From Squalus acanthias (lineage: Eukaryota), in NCBI GenBank assembly GCA_030390025.1, contig CM059433.1:68820001-68884000 (forward strand): a DNA stretch of 64,000 nt. Direction: 5' to 3'. The notes beneath the pieces are model-generated. The model saw nothing but the letters and a program-made list of their open reading frames with translations. It made no database searches and was not told the DNA's origin. A program made the translations under genes and the position numbers. This document shows, in pieces, positions 1-11,661 of the stretch. How positions within the stretch are numbered: the first letter of the stretch is position 1; each line of letters opens with the position of its first letter.

Positions 1-1630
1 TTACCATATTAGGACATTTGTAGTATGCTTTTAACTGAAAAGATGTATTGAAATGTTAGTCTTGCTTTTATAGTCTTCCCTCCCGATTAGTTAACTTGTG
101 ACTGATACCATACTTGTAGAAATATGACTTTTCTTTCAACTGATCTTGTACCACACAAAATGCCTGGCAATGGCAGATTTCAACCAATTTCATCTGCTGT
201 GACAGACTTGGTAATCCAATACATGATTCAGGCAGGTCCGCAGTACTCCAGGCATTATTGATGACTGACCAGCTAGCCTTAATCATTGATGGACCTGTAG
301 GGATAAGATCTTCACTGGAGGCTGGGATTCTTCCCACTCAGCTTCAAATAATACTACAAGCCAATACCCTAATTATAAGGGTGATCCTAGATGAACAAGC
401 AGTGGGAAGTTTAACAGCCCTTTGTGAGATATGTGGCTTCAGGTAGTTAAATTCCAGTGATACTGCTGCACACTCTTGGGCTCTCGTCGAGCAGTGCCTA
501 AATTCTGAGAGATAAGGTAGGCAGGGTGTGCCCTATAAGGTGAGGTGCATTCTATATCAGGCAAACAGAAACTCTTAATATGACCTTCTCAGTAGTTGTC
601 TAGTTTGGAGACTCAAACAAACTGATGTGTCCCTACACACGTTAGACACTCAGCTAACAATTAAAAAAACCAAAATAACCAGATGCGTCAATTTTAGATT
701 TTAGTGTCACACTCGTGGGCATTGAACTGCCTACTAATGCTCCCAAGAATATTCTGGCAGCTTTGAAATCTTCGCCTGAGTTGCTTAGCAACAGATGTGA
801 GAATCCTGTGCTAATGTACAGTTTGTTATTTGAAGTTCCACTGACTTCCTTTCTAGCGGAACTGTTGTTGCAGGTCAATGACAATTAAAGTTTACTTGGT
901 TCAAGTACAGTACGGCGCGTTCTCGAGGCTGTTGCTGCACACGAGACTACAATTATGAACTGATGCTCTGTCCTTTCATTAGCAAGAAGCTGTGAAAGAT
1001 CAGTTAGTGGAGAAAGCTCAGTACATTTATTTATGTAAGGGCATGAAAACTTAGAAATTAATGAACTTATGATCTTAATTCTAACAAATAAAATGATACA
1101 AAGATGGCATTCTATCTACAGTTGTCCAGTGATTGCATGCACTGCAACGTAATAATATGATTTTTAACATAGTTTAGTGAAGTTTATTGAGAAGTTTTAT
1201 GCGACTTTAAAAATACAATACTCAAGCTCCTTCCATTACAACTTATTTCCTTCATTAAAAGGACAGAACTTGTAAAATTATGAATGCTTCTATCTCCTCA
1301 CTGTATTATAATATAGCACAGAAGCTGTAAGAAAATTCAGGCCTCTATGTCCTCATCCCCACCTCGCCCCCCCACCCCCTCCTCTTAACAGTCCTGTCTT
1401 GTGCTTATAGAATGGATTTAGAGCTCACTGTCTAACTTCCCCACTTCAATGCAACACTATTGAGAAAGAGGATTCAGTCATCAATGTCCTCAGACATCAT
1501 ATCTACCATAATACTGTATCTGCAAGAGGATTTCAGAGCACCTGTCCTGACCTTGCTATTTTATAATGCATTCGCGTGCCTGAAAATTTGATTTCAGACT
1601 CCCTTTTACCAGTTCCCATCCCAAGAATAT

Positions 1631-1770
1631 GAGGTAGATTTTCAGCTTGCCACCCAGTGTAAAAGTAGCATTACCGATCAGCCAATGAAAATTAAAATTA
1701 GACGGTTTCTGTAACGGGCGTCCAAATCCACAACGCCAGTTTCACCAGGTGGCAAATGAAAGCCTATTCT
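1631..1770. mobile_element. Short degenerate MITE
   Basis: Imperfect terminal inverted repeats GAGGTAGATTTTCA ... TGAAAGCCTATTC, internal self-complementarity, TAT-like flanks. Confidence 0.5.
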
Positions 1771-2440
1771 TATGTCTCCTAAAATTAGCAGGTAGTTTTG
1801 TAATGCTGTTAGAAAGGTATCCCTAGAGGAGTCAGTAAGTTTCGATTTTTAAAGCCTAGAATGCAGTGAGACTTTGGATGGGTTGTACACTCAACCCTGC
1901 ACCAAACATACCAAGAAGAATGCAATTACTGAGCTTGAGGAGATAGCACCCGGTAAGTCACGGAGTACAGGTTAAGGAGGAGCAATGTTGGTTTTCCCTG
2001 CTGACCTGCAGCCTGTGGAGGCATTCCCCCTCCCCCCGAGGCTGTGGTACCTTCTGAATTCCATCATGTCATGTTGCATCGTGCAACATCAAGTATAGAA
2101 TTCTGTGATTGGGATGACTTGCAGCATTCCCTTGCAGTCAGGTAACAGTAACTTGCCAAAGGACATGCAACTGGTATAGCTTCCAGTTACATGCCATGGC
2201 ACACCCTAAGTTGTTTAAGGATTGTTCGATTCAGCTGAATTCTTGGAAAATGTTTCTGTACAGTAAGTTACATAAAGATTACAACACAGAAATAGGCCAT
2301 TTGGCACCTAGAAACACCTGGTCCAGATTAGGCAAGGTGGGAGTGCTAGGCATCCAAGTGCCCAGTCCCCATTCCCCCGAATCCTGCTGGCAGTAGTGAT
2401 ACCAGTGATACTAATTTTTATCAAATCATTCATTTCTCTC

Positions 2441-2550
2441 TGTACTTATCCTTAAAACCCTGAATACCATTTCTCAGTGGATATTCATCCAGATTTGTAC
2501 TTATTCTTAAAACCCTGAATACCATTTCTCAGTGGATATTGATCCAGATT
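2441..2550. repeat. 55-bp tandem duplication (2 copies)
   Basis: tgtacttatccttaaaaccctgaataccatttctcagtggatattcatccagatt occurs at 2441-2495 and again at 2496-2550 with 2 mismatches. Confidence 0.9.
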
Positions 2551-2559
2551 TTAATTTTT

Positions 2560-2880
2560 TTAATATAAAAAGGTGTTCATCTACACAGCGTTAACGGAAG
2601 AGTTCCTTCAATGTTGGTTGAAGTTTGCTGATCTGTTTCATGTCCTGTGGATCTGCACTCACAGTCAAAGTGCTGTTTGCACCTACATCTTAGAATCTTA
2701 ACCATATCTCCTCCCATCCTTTTTACTAAGGAGAACAAGTTCAGCTCTGTAAGTCTCTCCTCATAACTCAGGGCACAAGTTCCACCTCCATCCCTCGTCT
2801 CTGAACCCTCTCCAAGTAGCACGGTCCTTTTGAAGGTAGAGTGCCCAACACAGTTTTCTAAATGTGACCTCATCAATGAT
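2560..2880 (-). mobile_element. Degenerate CR1 LINE 3' fragment
   Basis: Minus-strand translation contains RSHLENCV and LSYEERLTELNLFSL, typical of the CR1 ORF2 C-terminus. Confidence 0.65.
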
Positions 2881-3357
2881 CTTTAAAAGATTTCTGCCAA
2901 CATTGTTCCAAAACCAAATCCACAAAATGCAGGAGAACAGCTCAGAAACAGCTTTCTCTCGGATTCTTAAAAAATGAGAATGAGGAAATAAATTGCCTGT
3001 CTGTTTGTGTCTTTCTCTCTCTCCTCTTCTCCCTTCCCCCGGTCTCAGAGGTGTTAGAAATTAGAACTCTATCTCACAGGTGTAAGTGATTAGCATTTAT
3101 CTTTTCTGTCAACAAAATATAGGTGGCTACGAAATTCAACTTTTGTTTTTGAAAATTGCACTATCATATAGATGAAGACTCTCCCTCTCACCCCCTTTCT
3201 CTCTCTCTTGAACTTAATACACATAGACGGCAAGCTCTTTATTCTTGGATAAAACATAATTAATATCTAAAGTCCATGTAGGATTTTACCGATGCCGATG
3301 CTTTATGCTATGGTACCAACAATCCCCATTCTAATAAGTGTGAATCGCAGCTCTCAC

Positions 3358-3464
3358 CTTCGTTAGCATTTACCCGTGTGTTTTTAATGTACGCTGAGAA
3401 CTTTGCAAAGATGTCAATTCCAGCAGTATTCGATTCACGTTGCTTTGCTGCAAGCTTGGGGTAC
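3358..3464 (-). CDS. CLIC5: CLIC5 coding exon 4, [35 protein letters not shown]
   Basis: 107 nt, flanked by tttcag| and |gtgaga. SNTAGIDIF motif as in CLIC5. No downstream exons were seen in 1-3357, so they should lie outside the window. Confidence 0.96.
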
Positions 3465-3879
3465 CTGAAAATAGGAAGAGTACAAAATATATCTGATCAT
3501 ACATCACAGCATCGTCACTGGAATGTCAACAAAACACAAGGACAGTGAAATTGTCATGCAGCCATAATGTTGGTGGAAACACCTAATTATCAAGTTTTGC
3601 CTCAGTATTGATGGTTACAGGTCTGTCACCAGCAGTGGCAGCAATTTCACGTCACTGAAAAATGCAGAATATTCTTGCTTTTCTCTTGGGTCACTAATTT
3701 ATAATTTATTCAGAACATTATGTAGATTAATTCACTCGACATTTTCAAAATTAGACCAACATTTATAATAAATATATTTGTTAAGTATTATTGTAGCTTT
3801 TGAATTCTTGTGCTGGCCAAGGTGACTGCTGTCAGTATAGGAAATTATCCAGTGTCAGCATCAACCACCCCCCAGTGCA

Positions 3880-4227
3880 GGTATAGCACTGCCAGAGGCA
3901 GAGCATAGCTCCTTTTACTCTATTTGAATGGATGACTTAACCGCAGCCTCAGAAGAGACCCTGCTACTGCACCAGTTTGGTTTTCTTTCAACTTCCCATA
4001 CCAGCTATTCTTGTGGCCTTTCCGATGAGATTTGGCAGTTTGTTGACTACTGTGCTTATTGTGGTCAGTGCTATGCTGTGGACTCTCACCCACTCGGAAC
4101 TGGGTGAACGCTGCCTCTCTCAGTTCATACTAGCAGAAGGAGGAGACATTTATCCCATCAACCTGGGCTGTTTTCAAACCCAGATCCTGAGGTGAACGGA
4201 CAGTATGCTAACCCACTGTGCAACCTA
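3880..4227 (-). mobile_element. Old tRNA-derived SINE (LF-SINE-like)
   Basis: Minus strand begins with A-box-like TGCACAGTGGG and B-box-like GGTTTGAAAAC-AGCCCAGG, then a CAGTTCC-AGTGG-GTCCACA core. A similar head lies at about 17755-17875. Family recalled from memory only. Confidence 0.45.
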
Positions 4228-5128
4228 ATGGATTTCAAGTAAAAAGGTCACCCAAGAACTGGATAATCATCATTTTAAAAACAAAAGCAAAATTTTACCT
4301 AAGATTTTGAAACATTGGGGAACTGCATTTATTTTGTGTGTGGTAATGAACTGGTGAATAGAAGCAAATCAATAGTTAAAGGTTGTAATGTAATACATCA
4401 GCTTCTTTTTAAACTGCTATTAATTACGTTTGTTCTATGAGTGAACGTGACTGTACAAGTAGCAAATGTTGGCCTGCTCGGACTCATAAATTATATCAAT
4501 GTGTGCTGTGGTTTAGGAGTGGTAGGGCATGGATCATACCTGTGACTCCCCAGGGCATGGGACACAAATAGTGACTGAACTGTCAGAAAGGCACTGGGTG
4601 GTAATTTACTGCTTCCCCAGTGGGAAGCCGGAAATAAGAAAGATGCAGATTGACTTCAGGCTGCTCACATGCATCTTGCAGCAGCTGCTTAACACAGCTA
4701 CATTGGCAGAGGCCTGGGAGCAGGTGAGATAACCTGGAAAAAAGGGAAGAGAAGTTCCTCTGATAGCTCAGCAAGTCCCCCCTCCCCCCCAGTGATTAGC
4801 TGATCCACACAGGCCAGAAAAAGTCTGAAATTCAACCCCTGGTAAGTGCTGAACGGCACTAGTTGACCTCAGCGCCCCAGGTCCGGAAAGGGAAAATGGG
4901 CCAGATTTCCTGATCCCTATCCAGTGATCCATGCTGGAAATGTAACAGTGGACTTCAGGTCAGGAGAGGAGAGAGAAAATCCAGTGAAGAAAATGGGTAA
5001 GAAAATAATTTTTTTTTAAAAAGGGACCATAAGAAACGTTACTAAAATGAGCATAATAAATTAATAAATCAAACCCAGAAGTCTTATTTGCTCTCCGAAG
5101 TTAGAAGTTCTTAAAAAAAAAAAAATCA

Positions 5129-5282
5129 GCGGTAGAATTTCCCAGCAGTTTCCTGATCTTCCATTATGACTTTGGCGGAAACCCTAAAGAAATGGCTTTT
5201 TCACCGTCTCTCTGGAGTTTGCACCGAACTTCCACTAAAGTTACAGCAGGAGATTAGGAGAAACTCTGGGAATTCTACACCC
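5129..5282. mobile_element. Short palindromic MITE
   Basis: GGTAGAATTTCCCAG ... CTGGGAATTCTAC inverted ends and an imperfectly self-complementary body. Confidence 0.55.
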
Positions 5283-5513
5283 ATATAATTATTTTAACAA
5301 TTACAGATCACCCTGGTGCCAGTGTTGTAGCACTATGTTACTATAAACACTTCATTCATGGTATAAGATATTTACTTGAAGTTACTCTAATACATTTTAA
5401 ACAAGTGTTATCCTTCCATTCCATTCATATTCAGTCAATCCAGCGTAACAGGAGGGAAATTTTCTCTAATAGAATGTTATACTTATTGTTCTCAATTTTT
5501 CCACTAACACAAG

Positions 5514-6454
5514 GGGGGTGATTTTGCCAATGGGGGCACGTTGGGGGCGGGACTGCTGTTGTCGGGTTTTAGTCCCGCCTCCATCGACATCCGGCCAACC
5601 CACGCTATTTTCCCTTGATTGATCTTGTTAAGCCCGCCCTGTGGGCTTAGCAGGCCAATTGAGGGAAAGCTGGTGACAGAGAACATCAGCGTATGACGTT
5701 TCATTTGTCAAAAATTTTTGACAGATGAATTGTCATCGTTTCAAACACTGACATACTCTAATACAAAAGCAAAATACTGCGGATGCTGGAAATCTGAAAT
5801 AAAAACAGAAAATGCTGGAAATACTCAGCAGGTCAGGCAGCATCTGTGGAGAGAGAAACAGACATTCTCTGTTGTTCGGTGAGTTCTTGTACTCAAGACT
5901 CACCAAACCTATTTCCTGAGCAGAAAGCAGATGGCTGTTGCATTGGAGAATGCAGCAGCCATTCTGTCATCTCTGCCGTGGAGATGCTGGAGCCTCCGGA
6001 TCCCCAACGATTGAAGCCTGCAGGAAGAAACAAAGGTAAGGAAACTTTTTTTTAAGACTTTTCACTCACCTCACATACTTACCTCTCCACACTTGCACCC
6101 ATCACTCACCTCCACAGCGCACTTTTGGACCCCTCTCACCCCCGCAGACCCACTGCTCGCCTCGCTGACCCTGGCGGGGTTTCCCGACGTCAGGAAGCCC
6201 GCACTTCTGTTGGAAAAATGGGGATAATCCTCTTAACTGCCTGTTAACTACCTGTTAACAGGCAGTTAAGTGGCTGTAATCCCCTTCCCGCCTCGAGGAG
6301 ACGGGACCCGGCGCGGGACGGGACCCGGCGCGGGTCGGGTACCCGCCTCCTGGGAAGATGGCATGGAGGCTTGGGTACCCGCCCCCAGATTCTGCCATTT
6401 TCCCGGCAGTCCCGCCTCCAAACCCGCCTCCCCAGGGCTGGCAAAATCGTCCCC
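5514..6454 (+). mobile_element. Non-autonomous PIF/Harbinger-type element, family A (copy 1), with a nested Penelope-like fragment
   Basis: TIRs GGGGGTGATTTTGCCA / TGGCAAAATCGTCCCC; 3-bp TSD AAG (5511-5513, 6455-6457). Homologous to copies at 9189, 21551, 23630 and 33112. Confidence 0.88.
5760..5860 (-). mobile_element. Penelope-like pLTR fragment (family 2) nested in Harbinger family A
   Basis: ATACTGCGGATGCTGGAAATCTGAAATAAAAACAG block, also seen at 39341 and about 18297, and absent from other A copies. Imperfect 10-bp TSD gacatactct/gacattctct (5750-5759, 5861-5870). Confidence 0.7.
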
Positions 6455-7361
6455 AAGATGAAGAACATGACACGTGTCTCAGGTAGTACAATGTTCTCTT
6501 TATAGCCTAGCTCCAGATTTACAAAAGGGCATTCCAGATGTCACACACGTTGCAGCAGTGAGTACAGAACACAATCTGTCGATGTCTCGGTGACCTGAAA
6601 AAGTCTCCAGTTACATTATTCATGTGTACATAAACTCACCATTAGAATGGTGGTGATCCCCAAAAATAGTCTGTGTGAAGGAAAGGAATAAGAAATAACT
6701 CATACAAATTAAATGGACATTGTACGGTAGATTTCCTCAGTCCTCGCCTGTTGGTCAGTGTGTTGGCAACACACCAGTAATTTTCTGATACACGCTGCCG
6801 GTGGGTGAAGTATCTTGCCATAGGCACGTTCTCAGAAAATCTACGTTTTTATGTAAACATATCATATTACGTATTTTCCTTGTCCTGCATATTAGATTTA
6901 TAATTTTGTACAAATATACCTTTCCCAAACTATCACAAGATAATAAATACTGTCACATTCCTCAATACTCAAGGGAAGTTCAGGATTTGATAATGAAGTT
7001 TAATTTTTGACCTGCTGTTCCTTGCCACTTCTAATGGGGCTGTCAGGTGATCAGTGCTGTCAACTCCTTTACTACTGGTATACATGCTCTCTGATCAGCT
7101 GACAAGCGCCACATTCAAATATGTAACATAGTGCCCATTACGATCTCACCCAACAAGGGCAAGTGGCATTAATTAAAACTACTAGTGCTGGGCCTTTATA
7201 TGCTACTTAGGACCATTTGCATTGGAAGCAACTTTGCAATATAACCAGTTTCTCTTGATGCTAAAACTGCTCCGTTATACTGTAGAGTAGATTTGAAAAT
7301 AGCAGACAACTGTCCGTCGGCAAGATTCAAATATGCATAGTTGTTCCAAAGTCACGACTAT

Positions 7362-8242
7362 GGCCGCGATTTTAATCGATCGATGCGGGTTGGGAGCAGG
7401 TCAAGTGGTTTCCAGGTTCCAGTCCCGCCCCCAACTTCATCCAGCCCACGGACGTGATTTTACGTCAATTGGCCTTGTTAAGCCCGCCCTGCGGGCTTGC
7501 CGGCCAATTAAGAGGAAGCCGGTCAGATTACGTCATTTGATGATGTGTCATCTGCTGGTTTTCTTAAAGGGACCACGCACATGTTTTCTTTGACAGCTCA
7601 TTTCTCAGTGTTTGACAGCATTAAGGTGCTGCAAACACTGACAATCACTGTTCACAGGTGAGCTCTTGCACCCAGGCTCTCCAGTGACTCCCTCCTTAGG
7701 CTAGAACAGATGGCAGCTGCAGGTGAGGTTACAGAAGCGATCTGTCACTGGTGAGAGAGGTTCTCCCAATGAGGTGGGACTAGACATACAATTCAAAACT
7801 TGTTACCTACAGAAAAGTCTAAATGCATTAAAAATGAATTTCCCAACATTTCCTTACCTCTGAAACTCACCAGTGCATCATTGGATCCTTCACACCACTT
7901 CTGCAGCTGTCATTAATGCAGAAACATTACAGCAGACTCACAACACGCCACACTTACCTGGCGTGGTGTCCGGACGTTGGGAAGCCCGAAGTAGAAGAAG
8001 TGTCAAAATTCCAAAAGAGCCTGTTAACTGCCTGCTAACAACCTTTAACAGGCAGTTAAGTGACTATAATCCTCTTCCCGCCGCTAGGTGTCGGGTCCAT
8101 GCGCAAATCGGGGACCCGACACTTGGGAAGATCGATTGGTGGTGGGTTGACAGTGGGTTTCCTGCCCGCTGTCAATCTTTGTGATTTTGCCAGATGTCCC
8201 GCCTCCAAACTCGCCCCCCTGAGCGCTGGCAAAATTCCGGCC
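7362..8242 (+). mobile_element. Non-autonomous PIF/Harbinger-type element, family B (copy 1)
   Basis: TIRs GGCCGCGATTTT / AAAATTCCGGCC; TSD TAT. A highly similar inverted copy lies at 62597-63441. Subterminal layout is shared with family A. Confidence 0.88.
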
Positions 8243-8610
8243 TATGATTCGACATTGCAGGACTGGCTGGGTCCTACCAAGTCAGTGGAAGGTCCATACC
8301 GGCCGGGAATAGTGCTTTTGCCAAGCTGACCTGTACAGCTCAGCTGAAAAGTCAGTCCACTTGCCTGTGATCAGAACCAAAATGGTGGGTCCAACCCAAG
8401 TGGGGCCACTCTTTAATTTTGTCATAAGAAGCACCCAGAGGTTGGTGACTCTCGATAAAATCACCTGCTAAGGGAATTCTTGGTGCTTCTGGTAGCACTG
8501 CTGCTGCTGTTACTTATTTTAGAGGGTTACCTTTAGCCATGCTCTTGCCATTGGAGACAACCCTGTAAAGCAAATAGGGAATCGGGTTTATTCAAGACAA
8601 TGGAACTTAC

Positions 8611-8736
8611 TGTGGCGGATCCAGTGTCTCCTCCAAGAATTCTTCAATTTTGTTGACATCTGTCTTGACCTCCCCATTAAAGGTCAGAAATGGAGGGTGA
8701 GTACCAGGAGCTAAGTTATGTAGATCAGCTGGTTTT
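8611..8736 (-). CDS. CLIC5: CLIC5 coding exon 3, [41 protein letters not shown](Q)
   Basis: 126 nt, flanked by ttatag| and |gtaagt. Phase 2/2, continuous with exons 2 and 4; near-identical to CLIC5. Confidence 0.97.
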
Positions 8737-9188
8737 CTATAAATAAATAATAAAACTAATCAATAACTGCAACTTTAGGATATAAATAAATCAATAATAT
8801 TGCAGGAAAATCAGTTCTGGACTGCTTTAATATTACATGCATGGTTTCCAAGTTTTCTGAAGTGAATGGGGCTCAGACCCATATAAACATATTTTGGTTT
8901 TGTCAGCAAGTGCAAAGGTTTAAAAAAAAGTTAATCAATTCAGAAAATTCTACAATATCAGCCGATTATTGGAAAATGATAAGGAGGAAATTTTTGGGCA
9001 AGAATAGCAAAATAATATCACCCTGATTTTCAGAAGTCTAGGAAAACATGAGACATGTTTAGCTAATTTGACACAAAAAGCATGAATATTAATTTAAAAA
9101 ACCCTTTAGGTATTCACAATTAAAATTAATGCCAATAGTAAAGAACCTTTCAACTTATTTTCAACTGTAGAATTAATACAGTCTCTCA

Positions 9189-9385
9189 GGGGGTGATTTT
9201 GCCAATGGGGGCGCGTTGGAGGCGGGACTGCTGCTTGTTGGGTTTTAGTCCCGCCTCCATCGACTTGTGGCCAATCCATGCTATTTTCCCTTGATTGACA
9301 TTGGGTACCCGCCCCCAGATTCTGCCATTTTCCCGGCAGTCCCGCCTCCAAACCCGCCTCCCCAGGGCTGGCAAAATCGCCCTCC
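9189..9385 (+). mobile_element. Internally deleted family A Harbinger derivative (about 200 bp)
   Basis: The first ~110 bp and last ~85 bp of family A are joined near 9300; both TIRs retained; TSD imperfect. Confidence 0.8.
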
Positions 9386-10202
9386 TTATTTTCTCCTCCA
9401 CACATGTCGTGCATCTCCGGATAGATGGAACTATCTTGCTGCTGAATTCTACACAATTCTGATTAATGTCACCCCATGATTGTCTGATAGGTGGTGTGGT
9501 TTTAGCAGGAAGAGTCCACTTCTCATCAAGATGGAATACCTCACTACTATGCAGCATTCCAGTCAGCTACTCATAGGAGAACTGATGAGGTCACTCAACT
9601 GATTTGAGACAGCCTGAGTGATGCCCTGCCCAGAGATTCAAACACATGACATTCTGATTGGCTATTCTTTTATAGGAGGATTTCGAATGATGGCACTAAT
9701 TATTTTAACAGTAACGCTGAATTTCATGACATTTGAAATCAAATGAAACAAATAGAAGTTAAAATTGAAAGGATTTTCACAAGACCAAACATTCTTTCCT
9801 CTGCTCAGTGAGGTAACAAAAAATCCTCACCAGTTTGGTAAGTGAGCTTGGTGGAAGCTACAGAAAAAAGGTGAGGATTCATCTGATCGAAATACTTTAC
9901 TGTCAGTGAAAAGTAATGTTTACATTGTACAATGTTTGTGGTGAAAGAGGGTATTAACAAGGACAAATACTGCTTTGTCTAGTCAAATGGTGTGATTAAC
10001 CTCTTATCTGGGTGATATTTTTCAGCCAAACAGATGCCCAGAATGGACACACAAGAGGTAGTGCTATTTGGATCCAAAACAACTTACATTTATATAGTGT
10101 CCTTATATAGAAAAGCATTCCAAGGCACTTCACAGAAGTGTAATCAAAAAAAAATGGAAGATTCACGGGAATGACGCGGGAATGACCCTAGGCAACAGAT
10201 GC

Positions 10203-11632
10203 AACAACAACTTGTATTTATATAGCGCCTTTAACATAGTAAAACGTCCCAAGGCACTTCACAGTGACACTGAACCACATAAGGAGATATTAGGGCAGAT
10301 GAGGTAGGTTTTAACGAGCATCTTAAAGGAAAGAGAGGTGGAGAGGTTTAGGGAGGGAATTTCAGAGCTTAGGGCATTGGCAGCTGAAGGCACGGCCACC
10401 AATGGTGGAGCGATTAAAATCAGGAATGCTCAAGAGGCCAGAATTAGAGGAGCGCAGATATCTCGGGGGGTTGTGGGGCTGGAGGAGATGACAGAGATGG
10501 GGAGGGGTGAGGCCATGGAGGGATTTGAAAACAAGGATGAGAATTTTAAAATCGAGGTGTTGCTTAACCAGGAGCCAATGTGGGTCAGCGAGCACAGGGG
10601 TGATGGGTGAATGGGACTTGGTGCAAGTTAGGGCACCAGCAGCAGAGTTTTGGATGACCTCAAGTTTACGGAGGGTAGAACGTGGGAGGCCAGCCAGGAG
10701 TGAATTGGAACAGTCAAGTCTAGAGATAACAAAGGCATGGATGAGGATCTCAGCAGCAGATGAGCTGAGGCAGGGGCGGAGTCAAGCATTGTTCTGGAGA
10801 TGGAAATAGGTGGTCTTAATGGTGATGTGGATATGTGCTCGGAAGCTCAGCTCGGGGTCAAATATGAGACCAAGGTTGCGAACAGTCTGGTCAGCCTCAG
10901 ACAGTTGCCAGGGAGAGGGATGGAGTCGGTGGCTAGGGAACGGAGTTTGTGGCGGGGATTGAAGACAATGGTATTGGTCTTCCCAATATTTAGTTGGAGA
11001 AAATTTCTGCTCATCCAGTACTGGTTGTCTGACAAGCAATCTGACAATTTAGAAGAAGCGGAGCTCCGAAAGCTCGTAATTTTAAATAAAACTGTTGGAC
11101 TATAACCTGGTGTTGTGCGACTTCTCATTTTTGACAATTTAGAGACAGTGGAGGGGTCGAGAGAGGTGATGGTGGGGTAGAGCTGGGCATATGGAAACTG
11201 ACGCTTTGTTTTCAGATGATGTCACCAAGGGACAGCATGTAACTGAGAAATAGGGGAAGCCAAGGATAGATCCTTGGGGGACACCAGAGGTAACGGTGCA
11301 GGAGCAGGAAGAGAAGCTATTGCAGGTGAATATCTGGCTACGATTTGATAGACAAGAATGGAACCAGGTGAGTGTAGTCCTGCCCAGCTGGATGACAGAG
11401 GAGGGGGATGGTGTGGTCAACTGTGTCAAAGGCTGCAGACAGGTTGAGAAGGATGAGGAGGGCAAAGGAAGTTTACCTTTGTCACAGTCACATAGGATGT
11501 CATTTGTGACTTTGCTGAGAGCCGTTTCGGTACTGTGGCAGGGCGGAAACCTGATTGGAGGGATTCAAACATGGAGTTCTGGGAAAGATGGGCACGGATT
11601 TGGGAGGCGACAACACGTTGGAGGACTTTGGA
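10203..11632 (-). mobile_element. L2-clade LINE, 5'-truncated and decayed
   Basis: Minus-strand RT remnants (TVTSGVPQGSILG, WMSRNFLQLNIGKT, HWLLVKQHLDFKILILVFKSLHG) and 3' tail CGCTATATAAATACAAGTTGTTGTT ending at about 10203. Confidence 0.85.
11054..11131 (+). mobile_element. 5'-truncated Penelope-like pLTR fragment (family 1) inserted in the L2
   Basis: Matches about 45400-45470. Flanked by an exact 12-bp TSD TGACAATTTAGA (11042-11053, 11132-11143). Confidence 0.8.
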
Positions 11633-11661
11633 AATGGGGCGTTAGCTTGAAAAGACAGAGT

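Noticed and set aside
6075-6240. U1 snRNA gene or pseudogene
   Set aside because: Only the first 10 nt match; there is no U1 body or Sm site.
5514-6454. Families A/B as Introner-like self-removing elements
   Set aside because: The splice motifs are internal, not at the termini, so splicing would not excise the element.
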